A stretch of DNA of 61,749 nt from Clostridia bacterium (lineage in GTDB: Bacteria > Bacillota > Clostridia > TANB77 > CAG-508). Shown here in pieces: positions 29,681-40,125 of this stretch. Numbering within the stretch: position 1 is the stretch's first letter; the number at the start of each line of letters is the position of its first letter. Position numbers and translations under genes: made by a program. The stretch spans positions 1-61,749 of the forward strand of contig JAAVYV010000029.1 in NCBI GenBank assembly GCA_022791325.1, given 5' to 3'. The notes under the pieces were generated by a model, which did no database searches, was not told where the DNA came from, and worked only from the letters and a program-made list of their open reading frames with translations.

Positions 29681-32097
29681 TATTTTACAACTATATTATA
29701 GATCTTATTTTTAACATAAATTTCTTTAATAATAGTTTTACCTTCTAACAATCCACAAACTGTTTCATTTTTGTGGACAATTTCCTTTACAAGTTCTTCA
29801 TCTGAGTTTAAAGGAACTGTAACTGTAGCTTTAAGCTTTCCATTAAATTGAACAGGAATTTCTATTTCACTATCAATTGTTTTAGCTTCATCATATATAG
29901 GCCAAGTAGATTCGCATAGTGGCTTAAATCCTAATTCTTCATTAAGTTCTTCTGTAATATGTGGAGCAATTGGGTTTAATAATGTTAAAAGAAGTTTATA
30001 ATCTGCTTTAGTTATATTTTTTTGCGTCTCGTAACTATTTGCTAAAATCATTAAGGCTGATACTGCAGTATTATAAGACATAGTAGTTAAATCGGTTTGT
30101 ACTTTCTTAATAGTTTTATGAATTATACTTTCTAATTTTGCAGAATATTCTTCGCTATCAACTACTTTTTCTTTCAAACGAATAACTTTATCAATAAAAC
30201 GTTTACATCCTTTTAAAGAATCTGTACTCCAAGGAGCGTCCTGAGTATAATCACCCATAAACATTTCATAAACTCTTAAAGTATCTGCACCATATTCTTT
30301 TACAATATCATCAGGGTTAATAACATTTCCCTTTGACTTACTCATTTTTTCATTATTTGAGCCAAGTACCATACCATGGCTTACACGAGTCCAAATCATT
30401 TCTTTATTAGGTACTAAGCCAATATTATATAAGAATTGTACCCAGAACCTCGCATAAAGTAAGTGTCTTGCAGTATGTTCCATGCCACCATTATACCAGT
30501 CAACTCTGTTCCAATATTTCATAGCATCAATAGAAGCAAATTCTTTATCATTATGAGCATCCATAAATCTTAAGAAATACCAGCTAGAACCTGCCCAGTT
30601 AGGCATTGTATCAGTTTCCCTCTTAGCAGGAGCACCACAGCATGGACAAGTTGTATTAACCCAGTCTGTAATATTTGCAAGTGGACTTTCGCCATTTTCA
30701 GTAGGTTCATATTCTGCAACATCTGGTAATAATAAAGGTAGGTCTCCTTCTTTCATAGGTTGCCATCCACATTTTTCACAATAAATCATAGGAATAGGCT
30801 CTCCCCAGAAACGTTGACGAGAGAAAACCCAGTCTCTCATTTTGTAATTATTAACTTTTCTTGCAATACCCATATTTACTAGTTTTTCAGTAATGGCATC
30901 TTTAGCTTCCTCAACAGTTAAACCAGTAAATTCTTCAGAGTTAATTAGTTTGCAACCTTTACCTAAATAATCTTGTTTTTCAAAAGCTTCACTTGATGTA
31001 TCTTTTCCATCAATTACTTGCAATCTATCCAAATTATGTTCTACAGCATATTCAAAATCTCTTTGATCATGAGAAGGAACAGCCATAACTGCGCCTGTAC
31101 CATAATCACCTAAAACAAAGTCACCTAGAAAAATAGGAACTTCTTTTCCATTAATAGGGTTAATAGCACTAACACCTTCTAATTTACAACCAGTTTTACC
31201 TTTATTAAGCTCTGTTCTTTCCATGCTACTCTTTTTAGCAGTTTCTTTAATATATTCATTAACCTCTTCTTTGTTAGTAACCATTGGCATTAATTCTTTA
31301 ATAAGCTTACCATCTGGTGCAATAACAAAGAAAGTAATTCCATAAACTGTTTCAATACAAGTAGTAAAAATTGAAAAACTTCCACCTTGCTTAATTTTAA
31401 CATCAAGTTCAACACCAGTAGACTTACCAATCCAGTTAATTTGACCAAGTTTAACTCTAGGCGCAAAATTAGTATCATCTAAACCTTTAAGTAGGTCCTC
31501 AGAATAATCACTCATTCTAAGCATCCATTGAGCTTTTTCTTTTTGTTCAACTTGGCTTCCACATCTTTCACAAACACCGCCAGCAGCATCTTCATTAGAT
31601 AAAACGCTTTTGCAAGTAGGGCACCAGTTAACGCCGATTGTATCTTTATAAGCCATACCGTGTTTATAAAATTGTAAAAATTGCCATTGAGTCCATTTAT
31701 AATATTCAGGGTCAGTAGTAGAAAATTCTCTAGACCAATCAAAAGAAAAACCTAAATTTTTCATTTGACCTTTAAAAGTTGCAATATTTTCCTTAACAGC
31801 ATCCTTTGGGTGAATATGGTTTTTAATAGCATATTGCTCAGCAGGAGCGCCAAAAGCATCCCAACCCATAGGGTATAAAACATTGTAGCCTTGCATTCTC
31901 TTCATTCTAGCAATAGCATCTTGTGCAGTATAACTTCTAACATGCCCAACATGTAAGCCTGCTCCAGAAGGATATGGAAATTCAACTAAAATATAATAAG
32001 GGTCTTTTTTAGTATTGCCAGTAACAGCCTTAAAAGACTCATTTTTATCCCAATAATTTTGCCACTTTTTTTCGATTTCGTTAAAGTTATAAGTCAA
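29680..32097 (-). CDS. leuS: leucine--tRNA ligase
   Basis: FPYPSGAGLHVGH (HIGH), KMSKS, DWVFSRQRFWGEPIP; TTG start. Confidence 0.98.
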   Translation of the reverse strand: MTYNFNEIEKKWQNYWDKNESFKAVTGNTKKDPYYILVEFPYPSGAGLHVGHVRSYTAQDAIARMKRMQGYNVLYPMGWDAFGAPAEQYAIKNHIHPKDAVKENIATFKGQMKNLGFSFDWSREFSTTDPEYYKWTQWQFLQFYKHGMAYKDTIGVNWCPTCKSVLSNEDAAGGVCERCGSQVEQKEKAQWMLRMSDYSEDLLKGLDDTNFAPRVKLGQINWIGKSTGVELDVKIKQGGSFSIFTTCIETVYGITFFVIAPDGKLIKELMPMVTNKEEVNEYIKETAKKSSMERTELNKGKTGCKLEGVSAINPINGKEVPIFLGDFVLGDYGTGAVMAVPSHDQRDFEYAVEHNLDRLQVIDGKDTSSEAFEKQDYLGKGCKLINSEEFTGLTVEEAKDAITEKLVNMGIARKVNNYKMRDWVFSRQRFWGEPIPMIYCEKCGWQPMKEGDLPLLLPDVAEYEPTENGESPLANITDWVNTTCPCCGAPAKRETDTMPNWAGSSWYFLRFMDAHNDKEFASIDAMKYWNRVDWYNGGMEHTARHLLYARFWVQFLYNIGLVPNKEMIWTRVSHGMVLGSNNEKMSKSKGNVINPDDIVKEYGADTLRVYEMFMGDYTQDAPWSTDSLKGCKRFIDKVIRLKEKVVDSEEYSAKLESIIHKTIKKVQTDLTTMSYNTAVSALMILANSYETQKNITKADYKLLLTLLNPIAPHITEELNEELGFKPLCESTWPIYDEAKTIDSEIEIPVQFNGKLKATVTVPLNSDEELVKEIVHKNETVCGLLEGKTIIKEIYVKNKIYNIVVK

Positions 32098-32120
32098 TTA
32101 TAATCATCCTCTCTTTTTGT

Positions 32121-32276
32121 TCCAATTGGGGACGTTACTATGCATATTCCATTCGTAACACTTCTTCGTTTTACTACGCATAAGTTATCCGTAAAGTCAT
32201 TTCATTCCTAACGGCTAACTTAGCTTCGTTTCCAACGACTGGAAAATCCTTTTGGGGTATCTGTCCCTTTTGGAAA
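32121..32276 (-). repeat. pre-RBS element split by a ~110-nt internal insert
   Basis: Minus strand reads CCAAAAGGGACAGATACCCCAAAAGGA-insert-AACGTCCCCAATTGGAA, then RBS and leuS. Confidence 0.7.
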
Positions 32277-32292
32277 TCTATAATAATATTGC

Positions 32293-32338
32293 TATTATAC
32301 TACATTATTTTATTAAATGGAAGGGAAAAATTAAAAAT
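32293..32338 (-). promoter_or_regulatory. putative sigmaA promoter of leuS, duplicated at 33913..33958
   Basis: Minus strand TTCCAT-N17-TATAAT; 40/46 identity to the second copy. Confidence 0.5.
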
Positions 32339-32426
32339 TAGTTGCAAATTATGGTAAACTATATTAAAATATAAATGTAAGCTTTTAGTAACTTTAAAAA
32401 ATAATTTTTTAAAAGGAGAATTGACT

Positions 32427-32909
32427 ATGAAAAATGTGAAAGTAGAAATCAAAGAGAAACTTATTAACAACTCAGAACGGATAATTAGAGTATTTGGTAC
32501 AATTGCATGGATTATTAATATATTGTTAGGTGTGGATCTAGTTACATTAGGATTAGCCAAAATAATGCCTGAAATATTCTTGTATCAAATATCATACAAA
32601 GTGGTTGATATACTTTTTGAAGTAGGCTTAGTTATAGTGTGGTGTATTTTGACATGCATGGACAGCTTAAAGGCAATAAGACATGCAATAGAAGATGAGC
32701 AGTTAGATATCTATAAAAACAACTTATTGAATGTAATATTAAGTGATTGTAATACATTAAATACTTTCTTTTGTGCTTGTACTTTTACATCTTTAATTTT
32801 TAACTGGAACATCTTATTATCTTTAATAGTTATTATATTGTGGCTAGTAGCCCCATCAAAGATATCAAAGAAGTTTAAAAATAAGTTGATCAGAGAAAAA
32901 GAGTTATAA
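32427..32909 (+). CDS. hypothetical membrane protein, accessory
   Basis: AAGGAG RBS before ATG 32427; four hydrophobic segments. Confidence 0.65.
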   Translation: MKNVKVEIKEKLINNSERIIRVFGTIAWIINILLGVDLVTLGLAKIMPEIFLYQISYKVVDILFEVGLVIVWCILTCMDSLKAIRHAIEDEQLDIYKNNLLNVILSDCNTLNTFFCACTFTSLIFNWNILLSLIVIILWLVAPSKISKKFKNKLIREKEL

Positions 32910-32911
32910 TA

Positions 32912-32950
32912 AAAAATAGGGCGGAATTAATAATTCTGCCCTATTTTTAT
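32912..32950. terminator. bidirectional terminator
   Basis: AAAAATAGGGCGGAATTA-a-TAATTCTGCCCTATTTTT. Confidence 0.8.
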
Positions 32951-32992
32951 AAATATACTTTTCCTAAAATATTAGAGATGTTTCCAAATGTG

Positions 32993-33853
32993 TCATCTAT
33001 TTATATTTTCATATACTCCTTTTAATATTTCATATTTCTTATCTATTATTTTTTTGTAAAATTCTTTTCTTGTTTTAGATATACCTTCAGCATCATCAAT
33101 AAATTTATTTATTTTATCTATATCTATACTCAAAAATAACCTTTTAATGGCATTATTGCATTCTTCATTTTTAGCTTCTTTAACGTAAGTCATATAATTA
33201 ATTTTTTTACCATTTTCTTTTAAACAAGAATAACAATTTATTGCTAAATTTTTTAATTCTGTTTCAGTCATTTTTTCAATTTCTTCATCTTCAAGCATTG
33301 GGTTTAAAGATGAACCACAATCATAAATTGGAGAAAATTCTACTTTTCCAGTATTTTTATTTAATAAAAATCCCCAATTACCATTATGCCTATCAGTATT
33401 TCCAATTAAGCTATCAACAATAAACATATCCCAAAATTTTTGTGTTGTTGATTTTGTATCAATCATGTTACTTTCTTTAATTACTTCTATTATATCACTT
33501 AACTCTGTTTCAATTTTTTTATCCGGATTTGTGCTCAAAGCTAAATTTTCAAATTCATATAATACATTTTCATTATCTGTAAAATCTTCACAAGCGCAAA
33601 CTATCTTTTCTTTACCATTATATTCGTATTTCCCTAGTATTGTATTTTGTACTTTAAAGCCTAATATTTTAAATATATTACTTCCAATATATTCAGAAAA
33701 TGCATTATTGATATATGATATATTCTTGTTTTTTTCTCGTACTGGGTCTGGAAATTTTACTAAATATTTTTTATTATCATATATTAAAGTTTTCTTTTTT
33801 TCGGAACCTTTATAATTATTGAATTCTTCTATTGCATTTGTAAAATCAATCAT
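32993..33853 (-). CDS. HipA/CtkA-like kinase
   Basis: KYLVKFP, SEYIGS, DSLIGNTDRHNGNWG, PIYDCGSSL. Confidence 0.85.
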   Translation of the reverse strand: MIDFTNAIEEFNNYKGSEKKKTLIYDNKKYLVKFPDPVREKNKNISYINNAFSEYIGSNIFKILGFKVQNTILGKYEYNGKEKIVCACEDFTDNENVLYEFENLALSTNPDKKIETELSDIIEVIKESNMIDTKSTTQKFWDMFIVDSLIGNTDRHNGNWGFLLNKNTGKVEFSPIYDCGSSLNPMLEDEEIEKMTETELKNLAINCYSCLKENGKKINYMTYVKEAKNEECNNAIKRLFLSIDIDKINKFIDDAEGISKTRKEFYKKIIDKKYEILKGVYENINR

Positions 33854-33912
33854 ATTATTTACTCCTATAAACTCTTCACAATTAGAGCAATTTTTAATCC
33901 CTCTAATGTTAA

Positions 33913-33958
33913 TATTATACTATATTATTTATACAAATGGAAGGGAAAAAATAAAAAT
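33913..33958 (-). promoter_or_regulatory. second copy of the leuS-type promoter, upstream of the HipA-like gene
   Basis: Direct repeat of 32293..32338 at an offset of 1620 bp. Confidence 0.5.
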
Positions 33959-34020
33959 GTAATGCAAAATTTAATTATGTATGATAAAATATTTATAAAT
34001 ATAATTAGGAGGAAAATTAA

Positions 34021-34353
34021 ATGAATATAAAAGCGGGAGATTTATGCAAGCATTTTAAGGGAAATAGTCTAATTGAAAAGAATATATATGAAATTATTGC
34101 AGTAGATGTTATTTATACAGGAGAAGGAGCAAACAAGCTACTAGATAATTTAGTAGTATATAAAAATTTATTTCAAGAAGGCAAAATATTTACAAGAGAA
34201 TATGATGATTTAATTGGAGAATTATCAGAAGAAAAACAAAAACAATGGGATCAGAAACATCGTATAGAAAAACTTACAGAAGATGAGATAAAGATAGTAA
34301 AAAGCGAGCAATTTATAAAAGAAAAGTTAGAATATATGGAAAAAGCTAGGTAG
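34021..34353 (+). CDS. DUF1653-like protein
   Basis: HFKG...YEIIAV...LVVYKNL...FTR pattern. Confidence 0.7.
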   Translation: MNIKAGDLCKHFKGNSLIEKNIYEIIAVDVIYTGEGANKLLDNLVVYKNLFQEGKIFTREYDDLIGELSEEKQKQWDQKHRIEKLTEDEIKIVKSEQFIKEKLEYMEKAR

Positions 34354-34501
34354 GAAATAAAAATGATTATTACAAAAAAATATAACAATAGTTAAAAAAG
34401 TGAAATTTTTCACATTTTTGAAGCCAAAAATGTGAAAAAATTCACTTTTTATTGACTGAATAGCAAAAAATAGATATAATATATATAAAGAAGGTGAGAA
34501 A

Positions 34502-35797
34502 ATGGAGAGAAAATTTACTGAAAAATTAAATATTTGGAAAAATGAATATATAAACATTCCATTCATGTTAATAGGTGCAAGGCAAACTGGAAAAACATAT
34601 ATTATAAAAAAATTCTGCAGAGAAAATTTTGAAAATCAAATATATATAAATTTTGATGAAAATGATGTTTATGAATCTTTTTTTGAAGGAAGTTTAAACC
34701 CAGAAGACATTATAAATAAAATTAGTACTTTTTTAGGATATAAAATAGATATAGAAAATACAATTTTATTTTTTGACGAAATACAAAAAAGCGAAAGAGC
34801 AATTAATTCTTTAAAATACTTTTGTGAATCAGAAAAGCCATACAAAATAATATGTGCAGGTTCATTATTAGGAGTAAAAATAAACAGGTATACTTCATCT
34901 TTCCCAGTAGGCAAAGTAAGAATTGAATATTTATATCCACTAGACTTTGAAGAATTTTTATGGGCAATGAAAGAAGACTTACTTTCAGATGAAATTCATA
35001 GGTGTTATGAAAAAATGGAGCCCATGAATAAAGCATTACATGAAAAGGCATTAAACTTGTACAAAACATATCTATGCACAGGAGGAATGCCGGCTTCTAT
35101 TAATGAACTTATTTCAAAAAATAAAGATATTATACTTTATAGTAATGATATAAAAGAAAATATTTTAACAGCATATATTGCCGACATGTCAAAATATACG
35201 ACGAGTAGTGAAGCAATAAAAGTACGAGAAATTTATAAAAGCATACCAATACAATTAGGAAAAGAAAATCAAAAATTTCAGTACAAAGTAATAAGTTCAA
35301 ATGCAAGAAGTAGAGATTATGAATCTTCAATAGAATGGTTAATACAAAGTGGAATTATATTAGAATGTAATTTAGTAAAAACACCTAAAATGCCATTAGA
35401 AATATATAAAGAATCAAAAATATTCAAATTATACCTAAGTGATTGTGGACTTTTAATGAACCTAGCTAAAATAAGTATTACAAGCATGTTAAATGATGTA
35501 AATATGTTATATAAAGGTATTATAGCTGAAAACTATGTAGCACAAACATTAAAATCAAAAGGAAAACCATTATACTATTATGAAAATAATTCAAAAGCAG
35601 AAATAGATTTTTTGCTAAATATAGATGATGAAATAATACCAGTAGAAGTAAAAGCTTCTGATAATACATTTTCAAAAAGTTTATCTGCATATGTAAACAA
35701 ATATAAACCTAAATATGCTATAAGAATATCTAGTAAAAATTTTGGAATAAGCAATAATATAAAAAGTATACCACTATATGCGGTACATTTAATATAA
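34502..35797 (+). CDS. AAA_14 ATPase with DUF4143 C-terminal domain
   Basis: GARQTGKT, FFDEIQ, CAGSLLG, GGMP, ENYV, EIDF...IPVEVK. Confidence 0.9.
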   Translation: MERKFTEKLNIWKNEYINIPFMLIGARQTGKTYIIKKFCRENFENQIYINFDENDVYESFFEGSLNPEDIINKISTFLGYKIDIENTILFFDEIQKSERAINSLKYFCESEKPYKIICAGSLLGVKINRYTSSFPVGKVRIEYLYPLDFEEFLWAMKEDLLSDEIHRCYEKMEPMNKALHEKALNLYKTYLCTGGMPASINELISKNKDIILYSNDIKENILTAYIADMSKYTTSSEAIKVREIYKSIPIQLGKENQKFQYKVISSNARSRDYESSIEWLIQSGIILECNLVKTPKMPLEIYKESKIFKLYLSDCGLLMNLAKISITSMLNDVNMLYKGIIAENYVAQTLKSKGKPLYYYENNSKAEIDFLLNIDDEIIPVEVKASDNTFSKSLSAYVNKYKPKYAIRISSKNFGISNNIKSIPLYAVHLI

Positions 35798-35892
35798 AAA
35801 ATAGAAAATTAAAAGAAAAAAATAGACAAAAAATTATTACTAGTTTATAATAATTATAGAAATATAAAGAAAAGGAGAAAATAGAAATAGAA

Positions 35893-36687
35893 ATGAAAAA
35901 GGGAAAAGTAAACATGATTATTTTAATATTATTAATACTATTAGTACTAGCTTTAGGTGTTGGAGTAGGAACATATGTAGGAATGAACTTAAATAACAAG
36001 TTAAAAGTATCACAAGAAAATGATAAAAAACAATTAGAAGAACAATCAATTAATAAACCTGAAAATAAGAAACTAGAAGAAATAGAGAAAAACAATGAGC
36101 AACAAGAAAGTGAAAACATAATATTAAATGAAGAAGTTAAATATGATGGAAGTAAAGAAATTATAATACAAGGAAAAACATATACAGTTTCTTACTTAAG
36201 TGAAAAATTTGAACATATCGATAACAATGAACTAAAGCAGACAGAAGTAAAGTTGTATTTAAATGATAAAAAAATTAAGACATTAAATTTAGGTTATATT
36301 ATAGATGTAGAGCATACATATGGAAATAAAGGATATGAAGTTGAATTACATCATTTCTGTGAAGAATATATTTTAATTGAGGTAAAGCAAAGAATAAATG
36401 ACGGAGAGTATGAACCAACCAATGCAGAAACTTTTTGTATAGTAAATACAAATGGGGAGCATATTGAAACTTTCGAATGGAATGACGCTACTCAGATAAC
36501 TGATACAGAAACAAATGAAAAATTAACATATAAGATAAATAATGATAGTCTTATATTATATGAAGATTGGCCAGGTGATCAAATTGGTACATATTATGCA
36601 ACAGAAATAAGATATACAGTAATAAGAGATTATATTAAAGGTAAAATTATAAAAATTCACAAAAATGTAATACTAGCAGGTAAGTAA
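35893..36687 (+). CDS. hypothetical membrane-anchored protein
   Basis: N-terminal TM helix, low-complexity linker, soluble domain. Confidence 0.7.
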   Translation: MKKGKVNMIILILLILLVLALGVGVGTYVGMNLNNKLKVSQENDKKQLEEQSINKPENKKLEEIEKNNEQQESENIILNEEVKYDGSKEIIIQGKTYTVSYLSEKFEHIDNNELKQTEVKLYLNDKKIKTLNLGYIIDVEHTYGNKGYEVELHHFCEEYILIEVKQRINDGEYEPTNAETFCIVNTNGEHIETFEWNDATQITDTETNEKLTYKINNDSLILYEDWPGDQIGTYYATEIRYTVIRDYIKGKIIKIHKNVILAGK

Positions 36688-36784
36688 AAAAATGGAAAAG
36701 TAAAATGAAAATTTTGCAGAAAAAGGTCAACGAAAAATTGTTGACTTTTTTTAATGTTAATATATAATATTAGTATAAAAAAAT

Positions 36785-36829
36785 CCCAAAAGTGACAGAT
36801 ACCCCAGAAGGAAACGTCCCCAATGGGAA
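36785..36829 (+). repeat. pre-RBS element copy
   Basis: CCCAAAAGTGACAGATACCCCAGAAGGAAACGTCCCCAATGGGAA. Confidence 0.85.
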
Positions 36830-36848
36830 AAAAAGGAGAGATAAAAAT

Positions 36849-39452
36849 ATGGCAGAATACACACAAGAAGAACAAAACAAAGTAAACGCAATGATTGACG
36901 ACTTAGTAAAAAAAGCAAAAAAAGCATCACAAGAATACATGAAACTAAATCAAGAACAAGTAAATAACATAGTAAAAGCAATGTCTATGGCAGGATTAGA
37001 ACATCACATGGAACTTGCTAAAATGGCAGTAGAAGAAACAGGTCGTGGTATTTATGAAGACAAAATAACAAAAAATATGTTTGCAACAGAATACATTTAC
37101 CACAGCATTAAATATGCTAAAACAGTAGGAGTAGTTAATGAAAATGAAGAAGAGGGCTATGAAGAAATTGCAGAGCCAATTGGTATTATTGCAGGTGTAA
37201 CACCTGTTACAAATCCAACTTCTACAACAATGTTCAAATCTATAATTTCAGCAAAAACTAGAAATGTTATTATTTTTGGTTTCCACCCATCTGCTCAAAA
37301 ATGTAGCGTAGAAGCGGCAAAAATAGTTAGAGATGCAGCAATAAAAGCAGGTGCACCAGAAAATTGTATTTTATGGATTGAAGAACCTTCAATTTTAGCT
37401 ACTTCAGCACTTATGCATCACCCAGGAGTTGATTTAATATTAGCAACAGGTGGTACTAGTATGGTAAAAGCTGCATACTCATCAGGTAAGCCAGCTTTAG
37501 GTGTTGGGCCTGGTAATGTACCTTGTTATATAGATAAAACAGCTAAACTTAAAACTTCTGTTAATGATTTAGTTTTATCAAAATCTTTTGACAATGGTAT
37601 GATTTGTGCTTCAGAGCAATCTGTAATTGTTGATAATGATATTCATGAAGAATTTGAAAAACTAATGAAAGAAGCAGGATGTTATTTCTTAAGTGATGAA
37701 CAAACTAGCAAATTAAGAAATAGTATGTTTATAGAAGAAAAAGGATGCGCTTTAAATGCTGATATAGTAGGAAAAAGTCCATATGATATAGCAGGAAGGG
37801 CAGGCATAGAAGTACCAAAAGATACAAAAGTATTAGTATTACACGAAAATGGAGTAGGAATAGAATTCCCATTCTCAAAAGAAAAATTAAGTCCAGTTCT
37901 TGCATATTATATTGTTGAAAATGAAGATGAAGGAATTGATTTAGCAGAAAAACTGATTGAATTTGGAGGCTTAGGCCATAGCGCAGTTATACATTCAGAA
38001 AATGAAGAAACAATAAGAAGATTTTCTGAAAGAGTAAAAGTAGGAAGAATTATTGTAAATTCTCCATCAACACATGGTGCAATTGGTGATATATATAACA
38101 CAAATATGCCATCATTAACATTAGGATGTGGTTCATTTGGAGGAAATTCAACAACATCAAATGTATCAAGTGTAAACTTAATTAATATTAAAAAAGTTGC
38201 GAAAAGGAGAGTTAATATGCAATGGTTTAAAGTTCCAGATAAAATATATTTTGAAGCAGGTGCAATATCATACTTAGAAAAAATGCCAGATATAACAAGG
38301 GCATTTATAGTAACAGATAAATCTATGGTACAATTTGGTTATGTAGATAAAATATTATACCACTTAAGAAAAAGAAATGAATATGTTCATTCAGAAATAT
38401 TCTCAGACGTAGAACCAGACCCTTCTTTTGACACAATTAAAAAGGGAGTCACAATGATGAATGAATTTAAGCCTGATGTTATAATAGCATTAGGTGGAGG
38501 TAGCCCGATAGATGCTGCAAAAGGAATGTGGCTATTTTATGAACACCCAGATGCAGATGTAGAAGGCTTAAAACTAAAATTCATGGACATTAGAAAACGT
38601 ACTTATAAATTCCCAAGATTAGGAGAAAAAGCAAAAATGGTAGCAATACCAACAACATCAGGAACAGGTTCAGAAGTTACATCATTTGCAGTAATTACAG
38701 ATAAAACAATAAATAAAAAATATCCACTAGCAGACTACGAGCTAACACCAGATGTAGCAATAGTAGACCCAGACTTAGTAATGAGTCTTCCACAAAGAAT
38801 AACAGCAGATACGGGTATGGATGTATTAACACATGCAATAGAAGCATATGTTTCAAATATGGCATCAGACTACACAGATGGTTTAGCAGAAAAAGCAGTA
38901 GAATTAGTATTTAAAAACCTAAGAACAGCATATAACAATGGAAGTGATAAACACGCACGTGAAAAAATGCATAATGCAAGTACAATAGCAGGAATGGCAT
39001 TTACAAATGCATTTTTAGGAGTAAACCACTCAATAGCACACAAAATAGGAGGGGAATTCCACTTACCACATGGAAGAATAAATGCAATACTTCTTCCATA
39101 TGTAATAAAATATAATGCTACTAGGCCAACAAAATTTGTATCATTCCCTAAATACGAATACTTTATAGCAGACCAAAAATATGCAGACCTATCAAGAAGA
39201 ATGGGCTTCCCAGCATATACAAATGAAGAAGGAGTAAACTCACTAATAGAAGAAATTAAAAAGTTAAATAAGGACTTAGGAATACCAGCATCATTTAAAG
39301 AGCAAGGAGTAGACGAACAAGAATGGTTAGAAAAAGTAGATATGCTAGCAGACAGAGCCTTTGAAGACCAATGCACTAATGCTAACCCACGTCTTCCATT
39401 AGTTGAAGAAATAAAACAAATTTTAATTGATAGTTACTATGGAAATATGTAA
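36849..39452 (+). CDS. adhE: bifunctional acetaldehyde-CoA/alcohol dehydrogenase
   Basis: [60 protein letters not shown]...HG. Confidence 0.97.
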   Translation: MAEYTQEEQNKVNAMIDDLVKKAKKASQEYMKLNQEQVNNIVKAMSMAGLEHHMELAKMAVEETGRGIYEDKITKNMFATEYIYHSIKYAKTVGVVNENEEEGYEEIAEPIGIIAGVTPVTNPTSTTMFKSIISAKTRNVIIFGFHPSAQKCSVEAAKIVRDAAIKAGAPENCILWIEEPSILATSALMHHPGVDLILATGGTSMVKAAYSSGKPALGVGPGNVPCYIDKTAKLKTSVNDLVLSKSFDNGMICASEQSVIVDNDIHEEFEKLMKEAGCYFLSDEQTSKLRNSMFIEEKGCALNADIVGKSPYDIAGRAGIEVPKDTKVLVLHENGVGIEFPFSKEKLSPVLAYYIVENEDEGIDLAEKLIEFGGLGHSAVIHSENEETIRRFSERVKVGRIIVNSPSTHGAIGDIYNTNMPSLTLGCGSFGGNSTTSNVSSVNLINIKKVAKRRVNMQWFKVPDKIYFEAGAISYLEKMPDITRAFIVTDKSMVQFGYVDKILYHLRKRNEYVHSEIFSDVEPDPSFDTIKKGVTMMNEFKPDVIIALGGGSPIDAAKGMWLFYEHPDADVEGLKLKFMDIRKRTYKFPRLGEKAKMVAIPTTSGTGSEVTSFAVITDKTINKKYPLADYELTPDVAIVDPDLVMSLPQRITADTGMDVLTHAIEAYVSNMASDYTDGLAEKAVELVFKNLRTAYNNGSDKHAREKMHNASTIAGMAFTNAFLGVNHSIAHKIGGEFHLPHGRINAILLPYVIKYNATRPTKFVSFPKYEYFIADQKYADLSRRMGFPAYTNEEGVNSLIEEIKKLNKDLGIPASFKEQGVDEQEWLEKVDMLADRAFEDQCTNANPRLPLVEEIKQILIDSYYGNM

Positions 39453-39487
39453 AAAATTATATAGTAGTTTGAATGTAAGATATTGGC

Positions 39488-39582
39488 TAAAAAAAGTCTA
39501 TAAAAGAGGACAAAGAAAAATGACACGCTTTATCTTTTAAAGATGTGTCATTTTTCTTTGTCACTTTTGACAGATTTTTTTT
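39488..39582. repeat. inverted repeat sharing the 26178 core
   Basis: Core TGACACGCTTTATCTTTTAAAGATGTGTCA with different, self-complementary arms. Confidence 0.8.
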
Positions 39583-39689
39583 ATACTATGTTGGTTCGAA
39601 TGAGGTGGAGCCTCTTATGTACAGTTCCTATTTGTTAGTATATATAAAATCTATTTTTAAATATAGTGGCAATTATTAATTGCAAAAAT

Positions 39690-39950
39690 TTATGCCTTTT
39701 TATCAAGATATCTTTTCTTATTAGCAAGACCACCTTTATGTGGAGCTTCTAAAGAGTGAAGGTTAAGTATTCGATGTACCTGTACTCCTAACGAATACGA
39801 ATAATAGTATATCCGCATTGATACATCTTTGTGTACAGTACTTTTTGAGACTCCAAACTTTTTGGCAGTTTCTCTAATTGTAGCATTGGTATCAATTATG
39901 TACTGTGCTTCCAATAAAACTCTAGTTTCAATATCAAGATCTTTTAACAT
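39690..39950 (-). CDS. SpoIIID-family transcriptional regulator (divergent C-terminus)
   Basis: RVLLEAQYII...ATIRETAKKFGVSKSTVHKDV; GGAGG RBS. Confidence 0.8.
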   Translation of the reverse strand: MLKDLDIETRVLLEAQYIIDTNATIRETAKKFGVSKSTVHKDVSMRIYYYSYSLGVQVHRILNLHSLEAPHKGGLANKKRYLDKKA

Positions 39951-40125
39951 ATACTACCTCCTATTTAATAAATAAGGGTTATTAAGTAACTATGAACAGA
40001 TATAATTATAATATAGAAAAAATAAAAAGTCAACATAATAGTTAAAATATATTGATTTTACATAAACAAAATGATATAATAGAGAAGTATCAAAAATGAG
40101 TTATAATTTAAAGGAGGAAATTCAA

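Noticed and set aside
32427-36687. Prophage or integrative element
   Set aside because: No integrase, transposase, terminase, structural or conjugation genes are recognisable.
39593-39615. tRNA gene suggested by GGTTCGAAT
   Set aside because: No acceptor, D or anticodon stems can be formed around it.
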